64,000 nucleotides of DNA from Nemertoderma westbladi. Taxonomy: Eukaryota > Animalia > Xenacoelomorpha. The stretch spans positions 62,001 to 126,000 of the forward strand of contig JAUCBJ010001598.1 of the NCBI GenBank assembly GCA_032718475.1. The letters run 5' to 3'. The notes beneath the pieces are model-generated. The model worked only from the letters and a program-made list of their open reading frames with translations. It made no database searches and was not told where the DNA came from. This document shows, one piece after another, positions 1 to 15,000 of this stretch. Made by a program: the position numbers and the translations under genes. The stretch's first letter is position 1. Every line of letters starts with the position of its first letter.

Positions 1-3000
1 TTCCCAGGCACCCTGTTGAGTCTGTACTATTCTACGCTATCATTTGTTTCCCAGGCACCCCGTTGAGTCTGTCTGTACTATTCTACGCTATCATTTGTTT
101 CCCAGGCACCCCGTTGAGTCTGTACTATTCTACGCTATCATTTGTTTCCCAGGCACCCCGTTGAGTCTACAATTCTACGCTATCATTTGTTTCCCAGGCA
201 CCCCGTTGAGTCTGTACTATTCTACATTATCATTTGTTTCCCAGGCACCCCGTTGAGTCTACTATTCTACATTATCATTTGTTTCCCAGGCACCCCGTTG
301 AGTCTGTACTATTCTACGCTATCATTTGTTTCCCAGGCACCCCGTTGAGTCTGTACTATTCTACGCTATCCTTTGTTTCCCAGACACCCCGTTGAGTCTG
401 TACTATTCTACGCTATCATTTGTTTCCCATGCACCCCGTTGAGTCTACAATTATACGCTATCATTTGTTTCCCAGGCACCCTGTTGAGTCTGTCTGTACT
501 ATTCTACGCTATCATTTGTTTCCCAGACACCCCGTTGAGTCTGTACTATTCTACGCTATCCTTTGTTTCCCAGACACCCCGTTGAGTCTGTACTATTCTA
601 CGCTATCATTTGTTTCCCATGCACCCCGTTGAGTCTACTATTCTACGCTATCATTTGTTTCCCAGGCACTCCGTTGAGTCTGTACTATTCTACGCTGTCA
701 TTTGTTTCCCAGGCACGCCGTTGAGTCTGTACTATTCTACGCTATCATTTGTTTCCCAGGCACCCCGTTGAGTCTGTACTATTCTACGCTATCATTTGTT
801 TCCCAGGCACCCTGTTGAGTCTGTCTGTACTATTCTACGCTACCATTTGTTTCCCAGGCACCCCGTTGAGTCTACAATTCTACGCTATCATTTGTTTCCC
901 AGGCACCCCGTTGAGTCTGTACTATTCTACATTATCATTTGTTTCCCAGGCACCCCGTTGAGTCTACTATTCTACATTATCATTTGTTTCCCAGGCACTC
1001 CGTTGAGTCTGTCTGTACTATTCTACGCTATCATTTGTTTCCCAGGCACCCTGTTGAGTCTGTCTGTACTATTCTACGCTACCATTTGTTTCCCAGGCAC
1101 CCCGTTGAGTCTACAATTCTACGCTATCATTTGTTTCCCAGGCACCCCGTTGAGTCTGTACTATTCTACATTATCATTTGTTTCCCAGGCACCCCGTTGA
1201 GTCTACTATTCTACGCTAGCATTTGTTTCCCAGACACCCCGTTGAGTCTGTACTATTCTACGCTATCCTTTGTTTCCCAGACACCCCGTTGAGTCTGTAC
1301 TATTCTACGCTATCATTTGTTTCCCATGCACCCCGTTGAGTCTACTATTCTACGCTATCATTTGTTTCCCAGGCACTCCGTTGAGTCTGTACTATTCTAC
1401 GCTGTCATTTGTTTCCCAGGCACGCCGTTGAGTCTGTACTATTCTACGCTATCATTTGTTTCCCAGGCACCCTGTTGAGTCTGTCTGTACTATTCTACGC
1501 TACCATTTGTTTCCCAGGTACCCCGTTGAGTCTGTACTATTCTACGCTATCATTTGTTTCCCAGGCACTCCGTTGCGTCTACTATTCTACGCTATCATTT
1601 GTTTCCCAGGCACCCTGTTGAGTCTGTACTATTCTACGCTATCATTTGTTTCCCAGACACCCCGTTGAGTCTGTACTATTCTACGCTATCATTTGTTTCC
1701 CAGGCACTCCGTTGAGTCTACTATTCTACGCTATCATTTGTTTCCCAGGCACCCCGTTGAGTCTACTATTCTACGCTATAATTTGTTTCCCAGGCACCCC
1801 GTTGAGTCTACTATTCTACGCTATCATTTGTTTCCCAGGCACCCCGTTGAGTCTGTACTATTCTACGCTAGCATTTGTTTCCCAGGCACCCCGTTGAGTC
1901 TACTATTCTACGCTATCATTTGTTTCCCAGGCACTCCGTTGAGTCTGTACTATTCTACGCTATCATTTGTTTCCCAGGCACCCCGTTGAGTCTGTACTAT
2001 TCTACGCTATCATTTGTTTCCCAGGCACCCCGTTGAGTCTACTATTCTACGCTATCATTTGTTTCCCAGGCACCCCGTTGAGTCTGTACTATTCTACGCT
2101 AGCATTTGTTTCCCAGGCACCCCGTTGAGTCTACTATTCTACGCTATCATTTGTTTCCCAGGCACTCCGTTGAGTCTGTACTATTCTACGCTGTCATTTG
2201 TTTCCCAGGCACGCCGTTGAGTCTGTACTATTCTACGCTATCATTTGTTTCCCAGGCACCCTGTTGAGTCTGTCTGTACTATTCTACGCTACCATTTGTT
2301 TCCCAGGTACCCCGTTGAGTCTGTACTATTCTACGCTATCATTTGTTTCCCAGGCACTCCGTTGCGTCTACTATTCTACGCTATCATTTGTTTCCCAGGC
2401 ACCCTGTTGAGTCTGTACTATTCTACGCTATCATTTGTTTCCCAGACACCCCGTTGAGTCTGTACTATTCTACGCTATCATTTGTTTCCCAGGCACCCCG
2501 TTGAGTCTACTATTCTACGCTATCATTTGTTTCCCAGGCACCCTGTTGAGTCTACTATTCTACGCTATCATTTGTTTCCCAGGCACCCCGTTGAGTCTGT
2601 ACTATTCTACGCTATCATTTGTTTCCCAGACACCCCGTTGAGTCTGTACTATTCTACGCTATCATTTGTTTCCCAGGTACCCCGTTGAGTCTGTACTATT
2701 CTACGCTATCATTTGTTTCCCAGGCACCCCGTTGAGTCTGTACTATTCTACGCTATCATTTGTTTCCCAGGTACCCCGTTGAGTCTGTACTATTCTACGC
2801 TATCATTTGTTTCCCAGGTACCCCGTTGAGTCTGTACTATTCTACGCTATCATTTGTTTCCCAGACACCCCGTTGAGTCTGTACTATTCTACGCTATCAT
2901 TTGTTTCCCAGGTACCCCGTTGAGTCTGTACTATTCTACGCTATCATTTGTTTCCCAGGCACCCTGTTGAGTCTACTATTCTACGCTATCATTTGTTTCC

Positions 3001-6000
3001 CAGGCACCCCGTTGAGTCTGTACTATTCTACATTATCATTTGTTTCCCAGGCACCCCGTTGAGTCTGTACTATTCTACGCTATCATTTGTTTCCCAGACA
3101 CCCCGTTGAGTCTGTACTATTCTACGCTATCATTTGTTTCCCAGACACCCCGTTGAGTCTGTACTATTATACGCTATCATTTGTTTCCCAGGCACCCTGT
3201 TGAGTCTACTATTCTACGCTATCATTTGTTTCCCAGGCACCCCGTTGAGTCTGTACTATTCTACGCTATCATTTGTTTCCCAGACACCCCGTTGAGTCTG
3301 TACTATTATACGCTATCATTTGTTTCCCAGGCACCCTGTTGAGTCTACTATTCTACGCTATCATTTGTTTCTCAGGCACCCCGTTGAGTCTGTACTATTC
3401 TACGCTATCATTTGTTTCCCAGGCACCCCGTTGAGTCTGTACTATTATACGCTATCATTTGTTTCCCAGGCACCCCGTTGAGTCTACTATTCTACGCTAT
3501 CATTTGTTTCCCATGCACCCCGTTGAGTCTACTATTCTACGCTATCATTTGTTTCCCAGACACCCCGTTGAGTCTGTACTATTATACGCTATCATTTGTT
3601 TCCCAGGCACCCTGTTGAGTCTACTATTCTACGCTATCATTTGTTTCCCAGGCACCCCGTTGAGTCTGTACTATTCTACATTATCATTTGTTTCCCAGGC
3701 ACCCCGTTGAGTCTGTACTATTCTACGCTATCATTTGTTTCCCAGGCACCCTGTTGAGTCTGTACTATTCTACGTTATCATTTTTTTCCCAGGCACCCTG
3801 TTGAGTCTGTCTGTACTATTCTACGCTATCATTTCTTTCCCAGGCACCCTGTTGAGTCTGTACTATTCTACGCTATTATTTGTTTCCCAGGCACCCCGTT
3901 GCGTCTGTCTGTACTATTCTACGCTACCATTTGTTTCCCAGGCACCCCGTTGAGTCTACAATTCTACGCTATCATTTGTTTCCCATGCACCCCGTTGAGT
4001 CTGCCTGTACTATTCTACGCTATCATTTGTTTCCCAGGCACCCTGTTGAGTCTGTACTATTCTACGCTATCATTTGTTTCCCAGGCACCCCGTTGAGTCT
4101 GTCTGTACTATTCTACGCTACCATTTGTTTCCCAGGCACCCCGTTGAGTCTGTACTATTCTACGCTACCATTTGTTTCCCAGGCACCCCGTTGAGTCTGT
4201 ACTATTCTACGCTATCATTTGTTTCCCAGGCACCCCGTTGAGTCTGTACTATTCTACGCTATCATTTGTTTCCCAGGCACCCCGTTGAGTCTGTCTGTAC
4301 TATTCTACGCTATCATTTGTTTCCCAGGCACCCTGTTGAGTCTGTCTGTACTATTCTACGCTATCATTTGTTTCCCAGGCACCCTGTTGAGTCTGTCTGT
4401 ACTATTCTACGCTATCATTTGTTTCCCAGGCACCCCGTTGAGTCTGTACTATTCTACGCTATCATTTGTTTCCCAGGCACCCCGTTGAGTCTGTCTGTAC
4501 TATTCTACGCTATCATTTGTTTCCCAGGCACCCCGTTGAGTCTGTCTGTACTATTCTACGCTATCATTTGTTTCCCAGGCACCCTGTTGAGTCTGTCTGT
4601 ACTATTCTACGCTATCATTTGTTTCCCAGGCACCCCGTTGAGTCTGTACTATTCTACGCTATCATTTGTTTCCCAGGCACCCCGTTGAGTCTGTACTATT
4701 CTACGCTATCATTTGTTTCCCAGGCACCCCGTTGAGTCTACAATTCTACGCTATCATTTGTTTCCCAGACACCCCGTTGAGTCTACAATTCTACGCTATC
4801 ATTTGTTTCCCAGGCACCCCGTTGAGTCTGTCTGTACTATTCTACGCTATCATTTGTTTCCCAGGCACCCTGTTGAGTCTGTCTGTACTATTCTACGCTA
4901 TCATTTGTTTCCCAGGCACCCCGTTGAGTCTGTACTATTCTACGCTATCATTTGTTTCCCAGGCACCCCGTTGAGTCTGTACTATTCTACGCTATCATTT
5001 GTTTCCCAGGCACCCCGTTGAGTCTGTACTATTCTACGCTATCATTTGTTTCCCAGGCACCCCGTTGAGTCTGTACTATTCTACGCTATCATTTGTTTCC
5101 CAGGCACCCCGTTGAGTCTGTCTGTACTATTCTACGCTATCATTTGTTTCCCAGGCACCCTGTTGAGTCTGTCTGTACTATTCTACGCTATCATTTGTTT
5201 CCCAGGCACCCCGTTGAGTCTGTACTATTCTACGCTATTATTTGTTTCCCAGGCACCCCGTTGAGTCTGTACTATTCTACGCTATCATTTGTTTCCCAGG
5301 CACCCCGTTGAGTCTACAATTCTACGCTATCATTTGTTTCCCAGACACCCCGTTGAGTCTACAATTCTACGCTATCATTTGTTTCCCAGGCACCCCGTTG
5401 AGTCTGTCTGTACTATTCTACGCTATCATTTGTTTCCCAGGCACCCCGTTGAGTCTGTACTATTCTACGCTATCACTTGTTTCCCAGGCACCCCGTTGAG
5501 TCTGTACTATTCTACGCTATCATTTGTTTCCCAGGCACCCCGTTGAGTCTGTACTATTCTACGCTATCATTTGTTTCCCAGGCACCCCGTTGAGTCTGTA
5601 CTATTCTACGCTATCATTTGTTTCCCAGGCACCCCGTTGAGTCTGTACTATTCTACGTTAGCATTTGTTTCCCAGGCACCCCGTTGAGTCTGTACTATTC
5701 TACGCTATCATTTGTTTCCCAGGCACCCCGTTGAGTCTGTACTATTCTACGCTATCATTTGTTTCCCAGGCACCCCGTTGAGTCTGTACTATTCTACGTT
5801 AGCATTTGTTTCCCAGGCACCCCGTTGAGTCTGTACTATTCTACGCTATCATTTGTTTCCCAGGCACCCCGTTGAGTCTGTACTATTCTACGCTATCATT
5901 TGTTTCCCAGGCACCCCGTTGAGTCTGTACTATTCTACGTTAGCATTTGTTTCCCAGGCACCCCGTTGAGTCTGTACTATTCTACGCTATCATTTGTTTC

Positions 6001-9000
6001 CCAGGCACCCCGTTGAGTCTGTACTATTCTACGCTATCATTTGTTTCCCAGGTACCCCGTTGAGTCTGTACTATTCTACGCTATCATTTGTTTCCCAGAC
6101 ACCCCGTTGAGTCTGTACTATTCTACGCTATCATTTGTTTCCCAGGCACCCCGTTGAGTCTGTACTATTCTACGCTATCATTTGTTTCCCAGGCACCCCG
6201 TTGAGTCTACAATTCTACGCTATCATTTGTTTCCCAGGCACCCCGTTGAGTCTGCCTGTACTATTCTACGCTATCATTTGTTTCCCAGGCACCCTGTTGA
6301 GTCTGTACTATTCTACGCTATCATTTGTTTCCCAGGCACCCCGTTGAGTCTGTCTGTACTATTCTACGCTATCATTTGTTTCCCAGGCACCCCGTTGAGT
6401 CTGTACTATTCTACGCTATCATTTGTTTCCCAGGCACCCCGTTGAGTCTACAATTCTACGCTATCATTTGTTTCCCAGGCACCCCGTTGAGTCTGTACTA
6501 TTCTACATTATCATTTGTTTCCCAGGCACCCCGTTGAGTCTACTATTCTACATTATCATTTGTTTCCCAGGCACCCCGTTGAGTCTGTACTATTCTACGC
6601 TATCATTTGTTTCCCAGGCACCCCGTTGAGTCTGTACTATTCTACGCTATCCTTTGTTTCCCAGACACCCCGTTGAGTCTGTACTATTCTACGCTATCAT
6701 TTGTTTCCCATGCACCCCGTTGAGTCTACAATTATACGCTATCATTTGTTTCCCAGGCACCCTGTTGAGTCTGTCTGTACTATTCTACGCTATCATTTGT
6801 TTCCCAGACACCCCGTTGAGTCTGTACTATTCTACGCTATCCTTTGTTTCCCAGACACCCCGTTGAGTCTGTACTATTCTACGCTATCATTTGTTTCCCA
6901 TGCACCCCGTTGAGTCTACTATTCTACGCTATCATTTGTTTCCCAGGCACTCCGTTGAGTCTGTACTATTCTACGCTGTCATTTGTTTCCCAGGCACGCC
7001 GTTGAGTCTGTACTATTCTACGCTATCATTTGTTTCCCAGGCACCCCGTTGAGTCTGTACTATTCTACGCTATCATTTGTTTCCCAGGCACCCTGTTGAG
7101 TCTGTCTGTACTATTCTACGCTACCATTTGTTTCCCAGGCACCCCGTTGAGTCTACAATTCTACGCTATCATTTGTTTCCCAGGCACCCCGTTGAGTCTG
7201 TACTATTCTACATTATCATTTGTTTCCCAGGCACCCCGTTGAGTCTACTATTCTACATTATCATTTGTTTCCCAGGCACTCCGTTGAGTCTGTCTGTACT
7301 ATTCTACGCTATCATTTGTTTCCCAGGCACCCTGTTGAGTCTGTCTGTACTATTCTACGCTACCATTTGTTTCCCAGGCACCCCGTTGAGTCTACAATTC
7401 TACGCTATCATTTGTTTCCCAGGCACCCCGTTGAGTCTGTACTATTCTACATTATCATTTGTTTCCCAGGCACCCCGTTGAGTCTACTATTCTACGCTAG
7501 CATTTGTTTCCCAGACACCCCGTTGAGTCTGTACTATTCTACGCTATCCTTTGTTTCCCAGACACCCCGTTGAGTCTGTACTATTCTACGCTATCATTTG
7601 TTTCCCATGCACCCCGTTGAGTCTACTATTCTACGCTATCATTTGTTTCCCAGGCACTCCGTTGAGTCTGTACTATTCTACGCTGTCATTTGTTTCCCAG
7701 GCACGCCGTTGAGTCTGTACTATTCTACGCTATCATTTGTTTCCCAGGCACCCTGTTGAGTCTGTCTGTACTATTCTACGCTACCATTTGTTTCCCAGGT
7801 ACCCCGTTGAGTCTGTACTATTCTACGCTATCATTTGTTTCCCAGGCACTCCGTTGCGTCTACTATTCTACGCTATCATTTGTTTCCCAGGCACCCTGTT
7901 GAGTCTGTACTATTCTACGCTATCATTTGTTTCCCAGACACCCCGTTGAGTCTGTACTATTCTACGCTATCATTTGTTTCCCATGCACCCCGTTGAGTCT
8001 ACTATTCTACGCTATCATTTGTTTCCCATGCACCCCGTTGAGTCTACTATTCTACGCTATCATTTGTTTCCCAGACACCCCGTTGAGTCTGTACTATTAT
8101 ACGCTATCATTTGTTTCCCAGGCACCCCGTTGAGTCTGTCTGTACTATTCTACGCTATCATTTGTTTCCCAGGCACCCTGTTGAGTCTGTCTGTACTATT
8201 CTACGTTATCATTTTTTTCCCAGGCACCCTGTTGAGTCTGTCTGTACTATTCTACGCTACCATTTGTTTCCCAGGCACCCCGTTGAGTCTGTACTATTCT
8301 ACGCTATCATTTGTTTCCCAGGCACCCCGTTGAGTCTACAATTCTACGCTATCATTTGTTTCCCAGGCACCCCGTTGAGTCTGTACTATTCTACATTATC
8401 ATTTGTTTCCCAGGCACCCCGTTGAGTCTGTACTATTCTACGCTATCATTTGTTTCCCAGGCACCCTGTTGAGTCTGTACTATTCTACGTTATCATTTTT
8501 TTCCCAGGCACCCTGTTGAGTCTGTCTGTACTATTCTACGCTACCATTTGTTTCCCAGGCACCCCGTTGAGTCTGTACTATTCTACGCTATCATTTGTTT
8601 CCCAGGCACCCCGTTGAGTCTACAATTCTACGCTATCATTTGTTTCCCAGGCACCCCGTTGAGTCTGTACTATTCTACATTATCATTTGTTTCCCAGGCA
8701 CCCCGTTGAGTCTGTACTATTCTACGCTACCATTTGTTTCCCAGGCACCCCGTTGAGTCTGTACTATTCTACGCTATCATTTGTTTCCCAGGCACCCCGT
8801 TGAGTCTACAATTCTACGCTATCATTTGTTTCCCAGGCACCCTGTTGAGTCTGTACTATTCTACGTTATCATTTTTTTCCCAGGCACCCTGTTGAGTCTG
8901 TCTGTACTATTCTACGCTACCATTTGTTTCCCAGGCACCCCGTTGAGTCTGTACTATTCTACGCTATCATTTGTTTCCCAGGCACCCCGTTGAGTCTGTA

Positions 9001-12000
9001 CTATTCTACGCTATCATTTGTTTCCCAGGCACCCCGTTGAGTCTGTACTATTCTACGCTATCATTTGTTTCCCAGGCACCCCGTTGAGTCTGTACTATTC
9101 TACGCTATCATTTGTTTCCCAGGTACCCCGTTGAGTCTGTACTATTCTACGTTAGCATTTGTTTCCCAGACACCCCGTTGAGTCTGTACTATTCTACGCT
9201 ATCATTTGTTTCCCAGGCACCTCGTTAAGTCTGTACTATTATACGCTATCATTTGTTTCCCAGGCACCCTGTTGAGTCTGTCGGTACTATTCTACGCTAT
9301 CATTTGTTTCCCAGGCACCCCGTTGAGTCTGTACTATTCTACGCTATCATTTGTTTCCCAGGCACCCCGTTGAGTCTGTACTATTCTACGCTATCATTTG
9401 TTTCCCAGGCACCCCGTTGAGTCTGTACTATTCTACGCTATCATTTGTTTCCCAGGCACCCCGTTGAGTCTGTACTATTCTACGCTATCATTTGTTTCCC
9501 ATGCACCCCGTTGAGTCTACTATTCTACGCTATCCTTTGTTTCCCAGGCACCCCGTTGAGTCTACTATTCTACGCTATCATTTGTTTCCCATGCACCCCG
9601 TTGAGTCTACTATTCTACGCTATCATTTGTTTCCCAGACACCCCGTTGAGTCTGTACTATTCTACGCTATCATTTGTTTCCCAGGCACCCCGTTGAGTCT
9701 GTCTGTACTATTCTACGCTATCATTTGTTTCCCAGGCACCTCGTTGAGTCTGTCTGTACTATTCTACGCTATATCATTTGTTTCCCAGGCACCCTGTTGA
9801 GTCTACTATTCTACGCTAGCATTTGTTTCCCAGGCACCCCGTTGAGTCTGTACTATTCTACGTTATCATTTTTTTCCCAGGCACCCTGTTGAGTCTGTCT
9901 GTACTATTCTACGCTACCATTTGTTTCCCAGGCACCCCGTTGAGTCTGTACTATTCTACGCTATCATTTGTTTCCCAGGCACCCCGTTGAGTCTGTACTA
10001 TTCTACGTTAGCATTTGTTTCCCAGACACCCCGTTGATTCTGTACTATTCTACGCTATCATTTGTTTCCCAGGCACCCTGTTGAGTCTACTATTCTACGC
10101 TATCATTTGTTTCCCATGCACCCCGTTGAGTCTACTATTCTACGCTATCATTTGTTTCCCAGGCACTCCGTTGAGTCTGTACTATTCTACGCTATCATTT
10201 GTTTCCCATGCACCCCGTTGAGTCTACTATTCTACGCTATCCTTTGTTTCCCAGACACCCCGTTGAGTCTGTACTATTCTACGCTATCATTTGTTTCCCA
10301 TGCACCCCGTTGAGTCTACTATTCTACGCTATCATTTGTTTCCCAGACACCCCGTTAAGTCTGTACTATTATACGCTATCATTTGTTTCCCAGGCACCCT
10401 GTGGAGTCTGTCGGTACTATTCTACGCTATCATTTGTTTCCCAGGCACCCCGTTGAGTCTACTATTCTACATTATCATTTGTTTCCCAGGCACCCCGTTG
10501 AGTCTGTACTATTCTACGCTATCCTTTGTTTCCCAGACACCCCGTTGAGTCTGTACTATTCTACGCTATCATTTGTTTCCCATGCACCCCGTTGAGTCTA
10601 CTATTCTACGCTATCATTTGTTTCCCAGGCACTCCGTTGAGTCTGTACTATTCTACGCTATCATTTGTTTCCCATGCACCCCGTTGAGTCTACTATTCTA
10701 CGCTATCCTTTGTTTCCCAGACACCCCGTTGAGTCTGTACTATTCTACGCTATCATTTGTTTCCCATGCACCCCGTTGAGTCTACTATTCTACGCTATCA
10801 TTTGTTTCCCAGGCACTCCGTTGAGTCTGTACTATTCTACGCTATCATTTGTTTCCCATGCACCCCGTTGAGTCTACTATTCTACGCTATCCTTTGTTTC
10901 CCAGACACCCCGTTGAGTCTGTACTATTCTACGCTATCATTTGTTTCCCATGCACCCCGTTGAGTCTACTATTCTACGCTATCATTTGTTTCCCAGGCAC
11001 TCCGTTGAGTCTGTACTATTCTACGCTATCATTTGTTTCCCAGGCACCCCGTTGAGTCTGTACTATTCTACGTTAGCATTTGTTTCCCAGGCACCCCGTT
11101 GAGTCTGTACTATTCTACGCTATCATTTGTTTCCCAGACACCCCGTTGAGTCTGTACTATTCTACGCTGTCATTTGTTTCCCAAGCACCCCGTTGAGTCT
11201 ACAATTCTACGCTATCATTTGTTTCCCAGACACCCCGTTGAGTCTACAATTCTACGCTATCATTTGTTTCCCAGGCACCCCGTTGAGTCTGTCTGTACTA
11301 TTCTACGCTATCATTTGTTTCCCAGGCACCCCGTTGAGTCTGTACTATTCTACGCTATCACTTGTTTCCCAGGCACCCCGTTGAGTCTGTACTATTCTAC
11401 GCTATCATTTGTTTCCCAGGCACCCCGTTGAGTCTGTACTATTCTACGCTATCATTTGTTTCCCAGGCACCCCGTTGAGTCTGTACTATTCTACGCTATC
11501 ATTTGTTTCCCAGGCACCCCGTTGAGTCTGTACTATTCTACGTTAGCATTTGTTTCCCAGGCACCCCGTTGAGTCTGTACTATTCTACGCTATCATTTGT
11601 TTCCCAGGCACCCCGTTGAGTCTGTACTATTCTACGCTATCATTTGTTTCCCAGGCACCCCGTTGAGTCTGTACTATTCTACGTTAGCATTTGTTTCCCA
11701 GGCACCCCGTTGAGTCTGTACTATTCTACGCTATCATTTGTTTCCCAGGCACCCCGTTGAGTCTGTACTATTCTACGCTATCATTTGTTTCCCAGGCACC
11801 CCGTTGAGTCTGTACTATTCTACGTTAGCATTTGTTTCCCAGGCACCCCGTTGAGTCTGTACTATTCTACGCTATCATTTGTTTCCCAGGCACCCCGTTG
11901 AGTCTGTACTATTCTACGCTATCATTTGTTTCCCAGGTACCCCGTTGAGTCTGTACTATTCTACGCTATCATTTGTTTCCCAGACACCCCGTTGAGTCTG

Positions 12001-15000
12001 TACTATTCTACGCTATCATTTGTTTCCCAGGCACCCCGTTGAGTCTGTACTATTCTACGCTATCATTTGTTTCCCAGGCACCCCGTTGAGTCTACAATTC
12101 TACGCTATCATTTGTTTCCCAGGCACCCCGTTGAGTCTGCCTGTACTATTCTACGCTATCATTTGTTTCCCAGGCACCCTGTTGAGTCTGTACTATTCTA
12201 CGCTATCATTTGTTTCCCAGGCACCCCGTTGAGTCTGTCTGTACTATTCTACGCTATCATTTGTTTCCCAGGCACCCCGTTGAGTCTGTACTATTCTACG
12301 CTATCATTTGTTTCCCAGGCACCCCGTTGAGTCTACAATTCTACGCTATCATTTGTTTCCCAGGCACCCCGTTGAGTCTGTACTATTCTACATTATCATT
12401 TGTTTCCCAGGCACCCCGTTGAGTCTACTATTCTACATTATCATTTGTTTCCCAGGCACCCCGTTGAGTCTGTACTATTCTACGCTATCATTTGTTTCCC
12501 AGGCACCCCGTTGAGTCTGTACTATTCTACGCTATCCTTTGTTTCCCAGACACCCCGTTGAGTCTGTACTATTCTACGCTATCATTTGTTTCCCATGCAC
12601 CCCGTTGAGTCTACAATTATACGCTATCATTTGTTTCCCAGGCACCCTGTTGAGTCTGTCTGTACTATTCTACGCTATCATTTGTTTCCCAGACACCCCG
12701 TTGAGTCTGTACTATTCTACGCTATCCTTTGTTTCCCAGACACCCCGTTGAGTCTGTACTATTCTACGCTATCATTTGTTTCCCATGCACCCCGTTGAGT
12801 CTACTATTCTACGCTATCATTTGTTTCCCAGGCACTCCGTTGAGTCTGTACTATTCTACGCTGTCATTTGTTTCCCAGGCACGCCGTTGAGTCTGTACTA
12901 TTCTACGCTATCATTTGTTTCCCAGGCACCCCGTTGAGTCTGTACTATTCTACGCTATCATTTGTTTCCCAGGCACCCTGTTGAGTCTGTCTGTACTATT
13001 CTACGCTACCATTTGTTTCCCAGGCACCCCGTTGAGTCTACAATTCTACGCTATCATTTGTTTCCCAGGCACCCCGTTGAGTCTGTACTATTCTACATTA
13101 TCATTTGTTTCCCAGGCACCCCGTTGAGTCTACTATTCTACATTATCATTTGTTTCCCAGGCACTCCGTTGAGTCTGTCTGTACTATTCTACGCTATCAT
13201 TTGTTTCCCAGGCACCCTGTTGAGTCTGTCTGTACTATTCTACGCTACCATTTGTTTCCCAGGCACCCCGTTGAGTCTACAATTCTACGCTATCATTTGT
13301 TTCCCAGGCACCCCGTTGAGTCTGTACTATTCTACATTATCATTTGTTTCCCAGGCACCCCGTTGAGTCTACTATTCTACGCTAGCATTTGTTTCCCAGA
13401 CACCCCGTTGAGTCTGTACTATTCTACGCTATCCTTTGTTTCCCAGACACCCCGTTGAGTCTGTACTATTCTACGCTATCATTTGTTTCCCATGCACCCC
13501 GTTGAGTCTACTATTCTACGCTATCATTTGTTTCCCAGGCACTCCGTTGAGTCTGTACTATTCTACGCTGTCATTTGTTTCCCAGGCACGCCGTTGAGTC
13601 TGTACTATTCTACGCTATCATTTGTTTCCCAGGCACCCTGTTGAGTCTGTCTGTACTATTCTACGCTACCATTTGTTTCCCAGGTACCCCGTTGAGTCTG
13701 TACTATTCTACGCTATCATTTGTTTCCCAGGCACTCCGTTGCGTCTACTATTCTACGCTATCATTTGTTTCCCAGGCACCCTGTTGAGTCTGTACTATTC
13801 TACGCTATCATTTGTTTCCCAGACACCCCGTTGAGTCTGTACTATTCTACGCTATCATTTGTTTCCCATGCACCCCGTTGAGTCTACTATTCTACGCTAT
13901 CATTTGTTTCCCATGCACCCCGTTGAGTCTACTATTCTACGCTATCATTTGTTTCCCAGACACCCCGTTGAGTCTGTACTATTATACGCTATCATTTGTT
14001 TCCCAGGCACCCCGTTGAGTCTGTCTGTACTATTCTACGCTATCATTTGTTTCCCAGGCACCCTGTTGAGTCTGTCTGTACTATTCTACGTTATCATTTT
14101 TTTCCCAGGCACCCTGTTGAGTCTGTCTGTACTATTCTACGCTACCATTTGTTTCCCAGGCACCCCGTTGAGTCTGTACTATTCTACGCTATCATTTGTT
14201 TCCCAGGCACCCCGTTGAGTCTACAATTCTACGCTATCATTTGTTTCCCAGGCACCCCGTTGAGTCTGTACTATTCTACATTATCATTTGTTTCCCAGGC
14301 ACCCCGTTGAGTCTGTACTATTCTACGCTATCATTTGTTTCCCAGGCACCCTGTTGAGTCTGTACTATTCTACGTTATCATTTTTTTCCCAGGCACCCTG
14401 TTGAGTCTGTCTGTACTATTCTACGCTACCATTTGTTTCCCAGGCACCCCGTTGAGTCTGTACTATTCTACGCTATCATTTGTTTCCCAGGCACCCCGTT
14501 GAGTCTACAATTCTACGCTATCATTTGTTTCCCAGGCACCCCGTTGAGTCTGTACTATTCTACATTATCATTTGTTTCCCAGGCACCCCGTTGAGTCTGT
14601 ACTATTCTACGCTACCATTTGTTTCCCAGGCACCCCGTTGAGTCTGTACTATTCTACGCTATCATTTGTTTCCCAGGCACCCCGTTGAGTCTACAATTCT
14701 ACGCTATCATTTGTTTCCCAGGCACCCTGTTGAGTCTGTACTATTCTACGTTATCATTTTTTTCCCAGGCACCCTGTTGAGTCTGTCTGTACTATTCTAC
14801 GCTACCATTTGTTTCCCAGGCACCCCGTTGAGTCTGTACTATTCTACGCTATCATTTGTTTCCCAGGCACCCCGTTGAGTCTGTACTATTCTACGCTATC
14901 ATTTGTTTCCCAGGCACCCCGTTGAGTCTGTACTATTCTACGCTATCATTTGTTTCCCAGGCACCCCGTTGAGTCTGTACTATTCTACGCTATCATTTGT